Source: Alphaproteobacteria bacterium (GTDB lineage: Bacteria; Pseudomonadota; Alphaproteobacteria; UBA828). Taken from it: a DNA stretch of 64,000 nt. The position numbers and the translations under genes were made by a program. Positions 38,995 to 51,642 of this stretch are shown here, piece by piece. The stretch covers positions 350,887 through 414,886 of the forward strand of contig CBDCCI010000001.1 of NCBI GenBank assembly GCA_965214705.1. Reading direction: 5' to 3'. The notes beneath the pieces are model-generated. The model had not been told where the DNA came from. It saw only the letters and a list, made by a program, of their open reading frames with translations, and did no database searches. Position 1 is the stretch's first letter, and each line of letters opens with the position of its first letter.

Positions 38995-39094
38995 GCATCG
39001 ACGTTTGTTGAACGGGCGTCGTACCTGGAATTATGATGCCCACGACAATCCACCGGCGGCAAGGGACCGCCCACGCAATCGCAGGGAGCAGACC

Positions 39095-40342
39095 ATGAGA
39101 CTGAGCCGTAGACAGTTCTTCCAGGCAGCATCCGGCGCGCTGGCCTTCGCCAGCCTGCCTCATGTTCTGCGCCGCGCCGGCATAGCAAGCGAGGACCCGA
39201 TCAAGGTCGGCAACATCCTCGACCGCACCGGCATCCTCAACATCTACAGCCTGAAGCAGATTCAGGCGACCGCGATGGCGGTGGACGAGATCAATGCCGC
39301 TGGCGGCCTGCTGGGCCGGCCGCTGGAGCTGGTGTTCTACGATTCCCAGTCCGACGGCCAGTACAACTCGCAGTACGTCACCGAGGCGCTGGTCAAGGAC
39401 AAGTGCGTGGTTGTGCACGGCGGCATCACCAGCTCCTCGCGCGAGGTGATGCGCCCCATCGTGAACCGCTTCAAGGGGCTGTTGTTCTACAACTCGCTCT
39501 ATGAAGGGGGGGTCTGCGACCGCCGCCACGTCTCCACCGGCATGGTGCCGGCACAGCAGCTCGAGCCGCTGTTCGACTACGTGGTGAACGAGCTCGGCGG
39601 CAAGCGCTCCTACATCCTGGCGGCTGACTACAACTACGGCCACATCACGTCCAAGTGGATGCAGAAGTTCACCCGGGACAACGGCGGCGAGGACCTGGCG
39701 GTCGAGTTCTTCCCGCTCGACGTGACCAACTTCCAGCCGGCGATTTCGCGCATCCAGGCGGCGAAGCCCGACGTGGTGATGTCGGCGCTGGTGGGCGGTG
39801 CCCACATCGCCTTCTACCGCCAGTTCGAGGCCTCGATCGGCAAGGACAACATGATGCTGGCGTCGGGCTCTTACGGCGTCGGCCTGGAGCACACCCAGCT
39901 CAGCCCCGAGGAGGGCAACGGCATCATCCTGGCCACCTCCTTCGTGGACGACCTCGACACGGCCGAGGCCAAGGACTTCGTGAGCCGCTTCCACGCCTAC
40001 ACCGGCGACACCGGCTACGTGGGCGAGTACGGCGAATACGGCGAGCGCGGCATCAAGGTCTGGGCCGAGGCGGTGCGTCAGGCGGGCGATGCCAGCTCCG
40101 ATGCGGTGATCGATGCGCTGGCGACGAGCAACGTCAGCGTGATCGGCGCCGGCGGCCAATACACGGTGGACGGGCAGACCAACCACACGACCATGGACAT
40201 TCACATCGTGCGCGGCAACATGACGCAAACCTTCGACGTGATCCGCTCGTTCTCGCAGCGGCCACCGCTGGATACGCAGCAGGTCTGCGATCTCCACGCC
40301 AACCCCGACGACAAGACCCAGTACGAGGTCGAGGTCGAGTAG
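39095..40342 (+). CDS. ABC transporter substrate-binding protein, LIV/AmiC/urea-type (Peripla_BP_6-like) with Tat signal
   Basis: ATG at 39095 after GGGAG. MRLSRRQFFQAASGALAFA twin-arginine signal, and IKVGNILDRTGILNIYS...AVDEINAAGGLLGRPLELVFYDSQSD. Confidence 0.85.
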   Translation: MRLSRRQFFQAASGALAFASLPHVLRRAGIASEDPIKVGNILDRTGILNIYSLKQIQATAMAVDEINAAGGLLGRPLELVFYDSQSDGQYNSQYVTEALVKDKCVVVHGGITSSSREVMRPIVNRFKGLLFYNSLYEGGVCDRRHVSTGMVPAQQLEPLFDYVVNELGGKRSYILAADYNYGHITSKWMQKFTRDNGGEDLAVEFFPLDVTNFQPAISRIQAAKPDVVMSALVGGAHIAFYRQFEASIGKDNMMLASGSYGVGLEHTQLSPEEGNGIILATSFVDDLDTAEAKDFVSRFHAYTGDTGYVGEYGEYGERGIKVWAEAVRQAGDASSDAVIDALATSNVSVIGAGGQYTVDGQTNHTTMDIHIVRGNMTQTFDVIRSFSQRPPLDTQQVCDLHANPDDKTQYEVEVE

Positions 40343-40482
40343 AGATCGGGGCGTTACGACGACAATTTCGTAGCCGGGACGCCGGGTTCGTCGGCGGCGC
40401 GGGTCGCCGCCGACGGGCCGTCCTGCGTTCCCGGATGCGTGTTTGGCCCCGGTGCGCCCGGCCGGGGCGGCGGGGGTGACGG

Positions 40483-41343
40483 TTGGATCAGGTCGCGAAC
40501 TATCTCTTCCAGATCGGCTTTTCCTTCTCGATCTTCATCCTGATCAGCCTCGGGCTCGCGGTCATCTTCGGGATGATGCGGGTGATCAACCTGGCGCAGG
40601 GCGAGTTCCTCATGCTCGGCGCCTACTTCTGCACGCTCTGCAGCCACGCCGGGATCAACCTGTGGCTCTCGTTCATCCTGTCGGCGCTCGCCGTCGGGGT
40701 CTTCGGCATCATCGTCGAGCGGTTCATAATCCGCTGGCTCTACGGCCGCATCATCGACACGCTGCTCGCCACCTGGGGGCTGAGCCTGCTTCTGGTGGGC
40801 GGCGTTACCACCATCTTCGGGCCGCAGACCGAGAGCGTCGCCGCACCGCTCGGCAACGTGCAGGTGGGTGCCTTCGGCTTTCCTATCTACGGTCTGGTGA
40901 TGATGGCGATTGCCGTGGCGTTGCTGGGCGCGGTCTACGCCTTCTGGCGCTTCACCCGCTACGGGCTGATCGTGCGCGGCACCATGCAGAACCCGACGAT
41001 CTCGGCCGCGTTAGGGGTTAACCGCAGCCTTGTCTACATGCTGACCTTCGCCTTTGGCTCTGCGCTCACCGGGCTTGCCGGCGCGGTGCTGGCGCCCATC
41101 GTCGGCGCCTATCCCACGCTCGGCATCGTCTACGTCGCCAAGGCCTTCATCACGGTCATCACCGGCGGGCACCTGCCACTGATCGGCACGGTGAGTGCCT
41201 CTGGCCTCTTCAGCACCATCGACGGCATCGTCGCCACGATCTCGAGCTCGGTGATCGGCGAGATGACGGTGCTGTTCGTGGCCATCATCCTGCTCAGGCT
41301 GCTGCCGCTCGGAATTACCGGGCGTATGACGCGCGGGGTCTGA
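40483..41343 (+). CDS. branched-chain-amino-acid-type ABC permease (LivH-like)
   Basis: ISLGLAVIFGMMRVINLAQGEFLMLGAY is the typical LivH N-terminal block. TTG start. Confidence 0.85.
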   Translation: MDQVANYLFQIGFSFSIFILISLGLAVIFGMMRVINLAQGEFLMLGAYFCTLCSHAGINLWLSFILSALAVGVFGIIVERFIIRWLYGRIIDTLLATWGLSLLLVGGVTTIFGPQTESVAAPLGNVQVGAFGFPIYGLVMMAIAVALLGAVYAFWRFTRYGLIVRGTMQNPTISAALGVNRSLVYMLTFAFGSALTGLAGAVLAPIVGAYPTLGIVYVAKAFITVITGGHLPLIGTVSASGLFSTIDGIVATISSSVIGEMTVLFVAIILLRLLPLGITGRMTRGV

Positions 41344-41346
41344 GCG

Positions 41347-42456
41347 ATGATCCACGGCGTCGCCCTGATGCAGCACTCGAGCGAGCGCCCCAAATGGTGG
41401 TGGTGGGTCTTTGTCGCCGCGCTCGCCGCCTTCTTCATCACCATGCCTTTCCACCTGGAGATCTTCGTCATCCTGGAGATGTCGCGCTTCTTCGGGATGG
41501 CCATGCTCGCGCTCAGCATGGGCTTCCTCTGGGGCTTCAGCGGAATCCTGAGCTTCGGGCAGACCGCGTTCTTCGGGCTCGGCGGTTACGGCTTCACCGT
41601 GCTCGCGCTCAATACCGGCGAGACCACGGGCTCGGTCTTCTTCGCCGTCGTCCTCGGTGCAGCCGGCGCCGGCATCCTCGGCTACTTCATGATCTACGGC
41701 CGCATCAGCGAGATCTACCTGAGCGTCATCACACTGGTCTTCACACTGATATTGGAGAAGGGCATCCGCGCCACCTCGGGCGACCAGTACGTCATCGGCA
41801 AGGTGCGGCTGAACGGGCAGAACGGCATCCCCACCGTGCCGCAGCTGGACGTGCCGTGGAACCCGAGCGTGCAGCTCGACATCAACTGGTTCTTCTGGGT
41901 CGGCGCCGTGCTCATGATCCTGGTCTACATCGGGCTCCGGCTGATCCTCACCACGCCCTTCGGCCGGGTGCTGGTGGGCATCCGTGAGAACGAGCGCAGG
42001 ACCGAGCTGCTGGGCTATGACACGCGGCGCTACAAGCTCGCGGCCTTCATGCTGGCGGGCGGCGTGGCCGGCCTCGGCGGGGCGCTCTACGCCATCTCGA
42101 TCCCGCTGGCGCACCCGGAGATGTTCAGCCTGGGCCGCGCGGCGGACGTCATCATGTGGGTGCTGGTGGGCGGCAAGGGCACCTTGATCGGCCCGATCGC
42201 CGGCGTCTTCGCCATCGAGCACTTCAAGGGCTGGCTCGGCACCCAGGGCGTGGGCCAGGTGACGCTGGTGCTAGGCGCGGTGCTGATCCTCTTCGTCCTC
42301 GTCTTTCACAAGGGCCTGCTGCCGAGCATCGGCTCCCTGCCGGGCCGCTGGCTGGACCGGGCTGCGATCCGCGAGCAGCTGTCCGAGTTCGTGCAGCACC
42401 TCACGTGGCGCTCGGGCCCGCCGCGCCGGCGACGGCGCCAGGGAGGGCGGTCGTGA
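41347..42456 (+). CDS. branched-chain-amino-acid-type ABC permease (LivM-like)
   Basis: GILSFGQTAFFGLGGY, IRENERRTELLGYDTRRYKLAAFMLAGGVAGLGGAL. Confidence 0.85.
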   Translation: MIHGVALMQHSSERPKWWWWVFVAALAAFFITMPFHLEIFVILEMSRFFGMAMLALSMGFLWGFSGILSFGQTAFFGLGGYGFTVLALNTGETTGSVFFAVVLGAAGAGILGYFMIYGRISEIYLSVITLVFTLILEKGIRATSGDQYVIGKVRLNGQNGIPTVPQLDVPWNPSVQLDINWFFWVGAVLMILVYIGLRLILTTPFGRVLVGIRENERRTELLGYDTRRYKLAAFMLAGGVAGLGGALYAISIPLAHPEMFSLGRAADVIMWVLVGGKGTLIGPIAGVFAIEHFKGWLGTQGVGQVTLVLGAVLILFVLVFHKGLLPSIGSLPGRWLDRAAIREQLSEFVQHLTWRSGPPRRRRRQGGRS

Positions 42457-43193
42457 GCGAGGCGGTGCGCGAGGACGCGGTGATCCTGGAGACCCGGGCG
42501 CTGGAGAAGCGCTTCGGCGGGGTGAGCGCCATCGCCGGGGTCGACTTCGCGCTCCGACGGGGCGAGCTGCGCTGCCTGATCGGGCCGAACGGCGCCGGCA
42601 AGAGCACCTTCTTCAAGATGCTCACCGCCCAGATCAGGCCGTCCAGCGGTCAGGTCCTGTTCGACGGCCGCGACATCAGCCGCGCGCACCCGCACGAAAT
42701 CTCGCGCCTCGGCATCGGCATCAAGAACCAGGTGCCGGACGTCTACGACGGCATCACCGTGGACGAGAACCTGTGGCTGGCGGCGCATCCGCGCCACGGC
42801 ACCAGGGCCGCGCGCGCCAAGGTGGACGAGATCCTGGACAGGCTGGAGCTTCGCGATATCCGCTGGCAACTGCTCGGCGCGCTCGCCCACGGCCAGCGCC
42901 AGTGGGTCGAGTTCGGCATGGTCATGGCGCTGGAGCCCAAGATCATCCTGCTCGACGAGCCCACCGCCGGCATGAGCATCGAAGAGACCAACCGCACGGC
43001 GGCGCTGATCCGCGAGGTGAACCGGACTACGACCATCGTCGTGGTCGAGCACGACATGCAGTTCATCCGCCAGATCGCCGATGTCGTCACCGTGTTCCAC
43101 CAGGGCCGCATCCTGGCCGAGGACACCATGGCGCGCATCCAGGCCAACCAGGCCGTGCGGGAGGTCTATCTGGGGACGTCGGGCCTTGCTTGA
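42453..43193 (+). CDS. ABC transporter ATP-binding protein (LivG-like)
   Basis: GTG at 42453 after GGGAGGG, overlapping the LivM-like stop. Walker A GPNGAGKST, Walker B ILLDEPTAGM. Confidence 0.85.
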   Translation: MSEAVREDAVILETRALEKRFGGVSAIAGVDFALRRGELRCLIGPNGAGKSTFFKMLTAQIRPSSGQVLFDGRDISRAHPHEISRLGIGIKNQVPDVYDGITVDENLWLAAHPRHGTRAARAKVDEILDRLELRDIRWQLLGALAHGQRQWVEFGMVMALEPKIILLDEPTAGMSIEETNRTAALIREVNRTTTIVVVEHDMQFIRQIADVVTVFHQGRILAEDTMARIQANQAVREVYLGTSGLA

Positions 43194-43878
43194 GGTGGAG
43201 GGCCTGGGAGCCGGCTACGGCCGCATCCCGATCCTGAACGGAATCGATTTTTCCATCGCGCGCGGCGAGATCGTGGGCGTGCTCGGCCACAACGGCATGG
43301 GCAAGACCACGCTGCTGCGCACGCTGATGGGGGAGATCAGGGCCACCGGCGGCAGCATCGTGTTCGAGGACGAGGACATCACCCGGGTCGCCATGCACCG
43401 CCGCGCCCGGCTCGGCATCGGCTACGTGCCGCAGGGGCGGGACATCTATCCGCAGCTGAGCGTGATGGACAACCTGCGCATGGGCGAAATCGTGCGCCGG
43501 GGCCAAAGCGCGGTGCCGGAGCTGCTGGACTACTTCCCGGTGCTGGAAGCGCTGCTGGAGCGGCCGGGGCGGGCGCTCTCGGGCGGCGAGCAGCAAATTC
43601 TGGCGCTCGCCCGCTGCCTCGCCGGCCGACCGCGCCTGCTTCTGCTGGACGAGCCCACCGAGGGCATCCAGCCCTCCATCGTTGATCAGATCCAGGCGAA
43701 GCTCGCCGAGCTTGCCGCCGCCCTTGACCTCACGGTGCTCCTGGTCGAGCAGAACCTGCGCTTCATCCAGGCGCTGGCGGAGCGGGTGCTGATCATGCAG
43801 AAGGGCACCATCGTGGCGACCATCACGCCCGACCAACTCTCCGACCACGCAATCGTAGACGAGTACCTGGGTATCTGA
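43186..43878 (+). CDS. ABC transporter ATP-binding protein (LivF-like)
   Basis: TTG at 43186 overlaps the LivG-like stop by 8 nt. Walker A GHNGMGKTT, signature LSGGEQQ, Walker B LLLLDEPTEG. Confidence 0.85.
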   Translation: MLEVEGLGAGYGRIPILNGIDFSIARGEIVGVLGHNGMGKTTLLRTLMGEIRATGGSIVFEDEDITRVAMHRRARLGIGYVPQGRDIYPQLSVMDNLRMGEIVRRGQSAVPELLDYFPVLEALLERPGRALSGGEQQILALARCLAGRPRLLLLDEPTEGIQPSIVDQIQAKLAELAAALDLTVLLVEQNLRFIQALAERVLIMQKGTIVATITPDQLSDHAIVDEYLGI

Positions 43879-44075
43879 CGGCGGGACACCTTTGACCCCG
43901 GACCATGGTGCGGTGTCGAATTAGGTACGACGGGGGTACGCTGGATTACATTTCATGGCGTAATATCAGTCGATTGACATATTATCAGTGCGATGCGCAT
44001 AGTCTAGAATACGCGCCTGTTCGCTTCCGTCAGGTACCTATTGGGTACCCCGTACAGGCTCAAGGAAAACGTGCC

Positions 44076-44942
44076 ATGCCCAAAATCACCAAGCGAGTCG
44101 TCGATGTCCTGCTCCCTGGTGAACGCGAGCGCATCGTCTGGGATAGCGACATCAAGGGCTTCGGTGTCCGCGTCCACCCAACAGGACGAAAGGTCTACAT
44201 CGTCAAGTACCGGCACGAGGGACGGTCCGTCAAAGTCACAATCGGACCCCACGGACCCATCACACCGGCAGCAGCTCGGGCCAAAGCCGCCGAGATCGTG
44301 ACGCTCGCAAAGACCGGCCGCGATGTGGCAGGAAAGACGCCCCTCGTAAGAGGGAGCGCCACCATGGAGAAACTCGCCCGGCGCTTCATGGACGAGTACG
44401 CGCCTGCCCATCTGAAACCGAGTACTGCCCGGTTGTACCGGAAGATTATCGAGAACCGGATCCTGCCGCGGTTCGGCAAGCGCCGTGTCAGCGATATCGG
44501 AAAGAGTGATGTCGTCGCCCTCCATCACGACATGCGCGACGTCCCCGACCATGCCAACCGCACGCTGAGCGTTCTCTCGCGCATGCTCACCCTGGCCGAG
44601 GTCTGGGAGATGCGCCCCGAGGGCGTGAACCCATGCCGGCACGTCAAGAAATATCCCGAGCACAAGCGCGAGCGGTTTCTCTCGGACGAGGAGTACGGGC
44701 GCCTCGGTGCTGCGCTGCGTGACGCGGAACGGGAGGGCTTCGCCTCTGCGGTGGTGATCGCCGCCATTCGCCTGCTGATGCTGACCGGCTGCCGGAGCGG
44801 TGAGATCATGAGCCTGCGGTGGGAGCACGTCGATCTGGAGATGGGCGAGCTTCGGTTGCCGGATTCGAAAACCGGCTCCAAGGTGGTGCATCTGGGCGAT
44901 CCGGCCATAGCGGTGCTGCGCGGCATTCTCCGCAAGGCGGAC
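44076..44942 (+). pseudogene. P4-type tyrosine integrase, 5' part (interrupted)
   Basis: MPKITKRVVDVL...DSDIKGFGVRVHPTGRKVYIVKYR (DUF4102-type arm-binding N-terminus) and LTGCRSGEIMSLRWEHVD (catalytic R). The frame is broken after ...ILRKAD at 44942. Confidence 0.85.
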
Positions 44943-45165
44943 TATGGCGCGACAATCTGCATGAGATCCGCGCGGCTATCAGGATGAGATTCCTGGCGGC
45001 GACGGCGCGTTGAGGATTCCGCTGTGAGGCGGGGATTGCAAGCTCTTTTTGGATTTTGATTGTCGCGGCGCGACAGTTTCTTCGAGCAGCCAGATTGACG
45101 CGGAGAGGAGGCGGCCCGCGGGGGTCGATCTCTCGCGGGCCGCGAGTGGGGCAGTGGTGGCCGGC

Positions 45166-47615
<2,450 letters not shown>

Positions 47616-47750
47616 CTACGCCCTCCCTACATTCCTGGCCGCCGATCTCCCCCGTCTCATCCTGATTGACGCTGCTGTTTTGCGGTAGGAACGCCGGTTA
47701 CCCAGCGCCCCCCGCACAGATCCCCGCAGGCCCGTTAGGGCACGAGGCTC

Positions 47751-49194
47751 CTACCTTGAGTGGTTGACGGCAAATCGCTGGTTTGGCCAAGGGTGGCGGA
47801 TGCTCAGTGGCGGCCAAAAGGCCCGCGCCAGGGCGCCGACCTTGGCCAGCGTGAAGCGGTCCTTTTGGGATCGGCGCCGCAGCACGCGACGCCATAGCCG
47901 CACGAGCCGGAACGTGAACTGCTTGAGGTACGGGAAGCTGGTTGGGACGGCATAGTATCGAAGCCATCCGTCCACGACCCTCCCAAGCCATTTTGCAACC
48001 TCGTACCGGTCATGGTGCATCCTTCGGCGCAGTTCGGCCTTGATGCGCTTGAGGGTTCGGTTGACCCGGCTTCGCATCGGTTTCCGGCCCAGACCGGGAC
48101 GTCCGGTCCTCGTGGTCCGGCAGTAATGCGTGAACCCGAGGAAGTCGAACGTTTCGGGACGCCGCTCGCCTCGCGCCCGCCGGCGTGCGATCGCCCGCTG
48201 GCCAAACTCGATGAGCCGCGTCTTGTCCGGGTGGAGGTCGAGCGAGAACAAAGCCAGCCTCGCCTTCAAGTCGCGCAGGAACCGTTCCGCGTCGCTCTTG
48301 TGCTCGAAACCGACCACAAAATCATCGGCGTAACGCACGATGATCGTGTCGCCGCAGGCCGTCCGCGAACGCCATTTCTGGAACCACAGGTCGAGCACAT
48401 AGTGGAGGTAGACGTTCGCGAGAATCGGCGAAGCCACCGCCCCTTGCGGGGTGCCCACCAGCGTGTCTGACCATGCGCCCTCTTCGATGACGCCCGCGTT
48501 GAGCCACTTGGCGATCAGCCGGAGTGCCCGCCGATCCCCGATGCGATGGCCCAAGAACCGGAGCGTCCAGTTCCTGTCCAGGTTATCGAAGAACCCACGG
48601 ATGTCGGCGTCAACGATCCAGTTGACCCGGCGTCGGTCGATCCCGTACGCCAGAGCATCGAGCGCGTCGTGCGCCCCACGCCCCGGACGGAACCCATAGC
48701 TGAACCCGAGGAAGGCCGGCTCGTAAATTGGCGTCAGGATAATCTCCGTCACCGCCTTCTGGACGATCTTGTCCTCTAGCGCGGCGACGCCGAGCGGTCG
48801 TGTCCCGCCGTCTGGCTTGGGTATCTCTACCCGCCGGACCGGCGGCGCCCGATACGCTCCGGTCTGTACGCGACGGTGAAGGTCGAGCAGCCGCTCTTCC
48901 AGCCCCTCCGCGTACTGAGCCCATGTCATGCCGTCTACCCCCGCTGCGGCGTCCCGCTTCAGCGCGTGGAAGGCCCAGCGCAGCGCGTCCGGCGTGACAT
49001 GATGCAAGAGCGCCGTCAGCTTCTCCCGCGGCTTCCTCGTTGCAGTTTGCCGTATCCGCTCGGCGGCCTGGGACACGCTTTCCCGGCTCTGCGTCCGGCG
49101 CGTGCTTTCGCGTCGCGGATTCCTCTCGGTTCCGGCCCTTCGCTTCATCGGCTCCGCCGGACCTCGCGGCCCCTTGTTCGCCGACTTCATCGCT
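47751..49194 (-). CDS. group II intron reverse transcriptase/maturase (outer intron), major 3' portion; a 35-nt 5' portion lies at 51219-51253
   Basis: RT motifs PKPDGGTRPLGV, FSYGFRPGRGAHDAL, GTPQGAVASPILANVYL, RYADDFVVGF. Maturase X-like C-terminus. The N-terminal codons (MYESKQSDSAIV) are separated from the rest by the inner intron. Confidence 0.85.
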
Positions 49195-51218
49195 GTCGGG
49201 TCGGAGGAGGCGCCCCGCGAGGCTAGCCTCCGTCCGCCGCTCAAACGGCCCGTACGGTTTTCCCGTAAGCCGCTTTCACAAAGGTGTCTCAACGAAGGTT
49301 CAAGGACGGAACCAGTGAGATCAGGCGAACAAGCCCGTATTCGTCGATCAGCTTGCGCTCCGGCAACTGTTTCCAGCCAGCGTTGCGCCAGCGCTTGCGA
49401 CGATGCGACCAGAGCCGCCGCACGATCCAGCCGTCAAGCTGGTGGAAGAGCCCGCGGACGTGGGCCTTGCAATAGTATTGGCCCCATCCCCGAATGATCG
49501 GGTTGATCTCGTCAATCAGCTCCTGCGTGCTGACAGGAGCCTTGCGCCGGGTACGCTGGCGAATCTGGTCCTTGAAGTGCCGGATGGATTTCTCACGCGG
49601 AACCGCGTAGCGCGCTCCCCCGCGAACCCCGCTCTTGATCTTGGAGGACGACAGCCGGAGAGGCCGCTCGCCCTGCTTGATCTTGTAGCCGAGGAACTCA
49701 AACCCGTGCCTGACATGGACAATGCGGGTCTTCCCGGCGTTGAGGGACACACCCAGCTTTGCCAGAATCCGCCTGGCCGTCTCCAGTGCTGCGCGGGCTT
49801 CCCCGCGTGTGCGGCACGTGATCAGCCAATCATCGGCGTATCGCGTTAGTCGATAGCCGCGACGACGCATTTCCCAATCGAACGGGGTCAGCAAGATATT
49901 GCTGAGCAGCGGTGAAACGATGCCGCCCTGCGGAGTGCCCTGTTCGGTCGGCAGCCTCTTACCGTCGGCCACCACCCCGGCCGTGAGCATCTGCCTGAGC
50001 AGACCTAATACCCGGCCATCCGAGACTCGCTGGTTGACGAGTTCGAGGAGCTTTTCGTGGTCCACGGACCCGAAAAAGTCTTTCAAATCCGCATCGAGAA
50101 CCCACTCGTTGCCCTCGTCCAGTTCCCTCCATATCTTGCGTAACGCTCCATGGGCAGACCTTCCTTGCCGGTACCCGTAGTTGGCATCGTCGAACACCGG
50201 CTCGAAGATCGGTTCCAGCCGGTTCAGCAGCGCCTGCTGGCACACCCGGTCGTAGATTGTCGGGATGCCGAGCGGGCGGAACTTCCCCGGCTGGCCCGCC
50301 TTGGGGATCAGGCATTGGAGAACCGGCTGCGGGTGATACTCACCGTCCCGCAACTCCCGGTGCAGGCGATCGAGATTTGCATCCAGCGATGCCTCGAACG
50401 CCGCTAAATCCTCTCCGTCCACGCCACCGGCACCCCGGTTGCGCTTCACCTTTTCCCAGGCCACCTCAAGGTTCTTCCGCTTGTACACCTTGTCCACCAG
50501 TGAGTGGACCTTCCTGTCACCCGCCGGGTTGATCCAGTCGATGAGTCTCCTCGGGCCATGATGTCCGGGTCTTTCGCTCAAGGAACTTGTCCGCGTCATG
50601 GTCCTTACTCACTCATCGCTGTCTCTCGCCGACCACCTCTGCCAACCGACTTCCCCGGCCCACACGGCCGCCGCTCGCGCGGTCACCCGGCTTTCGCCGG
50701 GCTTCAGGTACTATTCGGTTGTCCGATTGCTCGCCGCGCATCCTTTCCCATTTCGCCTTTCGGCTTATAGGGTCCGTTATCCCGGTGCCACCCGGGAACG
50801 CGGCGAGCCCTCCTGGGGTCACGTCCAGATCTTCCGTACCGTGCCGCTCGCAAACACCTTGGTGCGACGGGTGGGTAAGAACGCCTTCGCCGCCATAGTG
50901 CCGGCTCGACCTTGCCCCGTCTTTGGCCGACCGATTCATCATGGGGTGGCCCCCTCGATTACGGCCCGGTACTTCTCCGCAAGCCCTTCAGATTCCACCT
51001 CGCGGTGGACACCCTGCCTTCCGGTTGTCTTTCGACAGTGGACCAACTTAGCTCCTCCCTTGGCTGTCTCCGCCGTTTCCGGCTTCGTGCCCGTTTAGAG
51101 TTTCGCTTATCGGCTCACTCCGGCCAGTGAGGAATTACCCCCACTTTTGGATATGGCGCCCCTTACCCGAGCGCCAGTGGGACTTGAACCCACCTGATCT
51201 GGGCGCTGCCCAGCACAC
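49195..51218 (-). mobile_element. group II intron (inner), 2,024 nt, inserted in the RT ORF of the outer intron
   Basis: 5' GUGUGC at 51218. Canonical domain V AAGCGGCU-UACGG-GAAAA-CCGUA-CG-GGCCGUUU at 49275-49243 (AGC triad, 2-nt bulge). Domain VI has an A bulged 7 nt before the ...CCCGAC 3' end. An alternative boundary pair 51220/49200 also preserves the frame. Confidence 0.75.
49289..50599 (-). CDS. group II intron reverse transcriptase/maturase (inner intron), no endonuclease domain evident
   Basis: VDKVYKRKNLEVAWEKVKRNRGAGGVDG, PKAGQPGKFRPLGIPT, YGYRQGRSAHGAL, GTPQGGIVSPLLSNILL, RYADDWLI, and the X-domain block RGWGQYY. Confidence 0.9.
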   Translation of the reverse strand: MTRTSSLSERPGHHGPRRLIDWINPAGDRKVHSLVDKVYKRKNLEVAWEKVKRNRGAGGVDGEDLAAFEASLDANLDRLHRELRDGEYHPQPVLQCLIPKAGQPGKFRPLGIPTIYDRVCQQALLNRLEPIFEPVFDDANYGYRQGRSAHGALRKIWRELDEGNEWVLDADLKDFFGSVDHEKLLELVNQRVSDGRVLGLLRQMLTAGVVADGKRLPTEQGTPQGGIVSPLLSNILLTPFDWEMRRRGYRLTRYADDWLITCRTRGEARAALETARRILAKLGVSLNAGKTRIVHVRHGFEFLGYKIKQGERPLRLSSSKIKSGVRGGARYAVPREKSIRHFKDQIRQRTRRKAPVSTQELIDEINPIIRGWGQYYCKAHVRGLFHQLDGWIVRRLWSHRRKRWRNAGWKQLPERKLIDEYGLVRLISLVPSLNLR

Positions 51219-51642
51219 ACTATGGCCGAATCAGATTGCTTCGACTCGTACATCTTCGATTCGGATATCCTCCTTTCTTCCGCGGCCCCGGTACGACCAC
51301 CGGGGCAAGTCGAAGCCCTCCCGAGTCCCGGCACAGGGGTGTACGTGCGTCCATGGATTCCTCAGACAACGCGGAGCCCCGCAGTGCCTCACCAGAGCGG
51401 TCCTGCGGGTGTCGCCTTCGGCCGATGAGAAAACCTCGGCACTCCGGACCATAACATTTTCGATGCTCAATCATCCCGGCCACACGCGCCGCTACCGACG
51501 CTTCGACCGCACCCTCACGGATGCCGCCGCACGGCTCGCGGTGGAAGTAGTGGTTAGCCTTTCCTTCCCGTCGGACTCTCACCGACTCCCCTGCGCCAGT
51601 TAGCTCGGCGCTCCTCATCTTGTTTGTCGCGCCGCACCGGAC

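Larger units (their letters stand above)
47677..51637 (-). mobile_element. group II intron (outer), itself interrupted by a second intron
   Basis: 5' GTGCGG at 51637. Domain-V-like hairpin GAGCCUCGU-GCCC-UAAC-GGGC-CU-GCGGGGAUC at 47750-47719. Domain-VI-like hairpin with GUAA loop and bulged UA at 47716-47681. Contains an RT/maturase ORF. The 3' end is good to about 3 nt. Confidence 0.75.

Noticed and set aside
51165-51215. tRNA-like motif on the minus strand: GGTGGGTTCAAGTCCCAC (a perfect T-arm look-alike) followed by TGGCGCT, which pairs with an upstream AGCGCC.
   Set aside because: No D-arm is present. The only possible anticodon stem-loop has a non-canonical loop with no U33. There is no proper 7-bp acceptor stem or discriminator context. 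It lies inside domain I of the inner group II intron, so it is most likely intron secondary structure.
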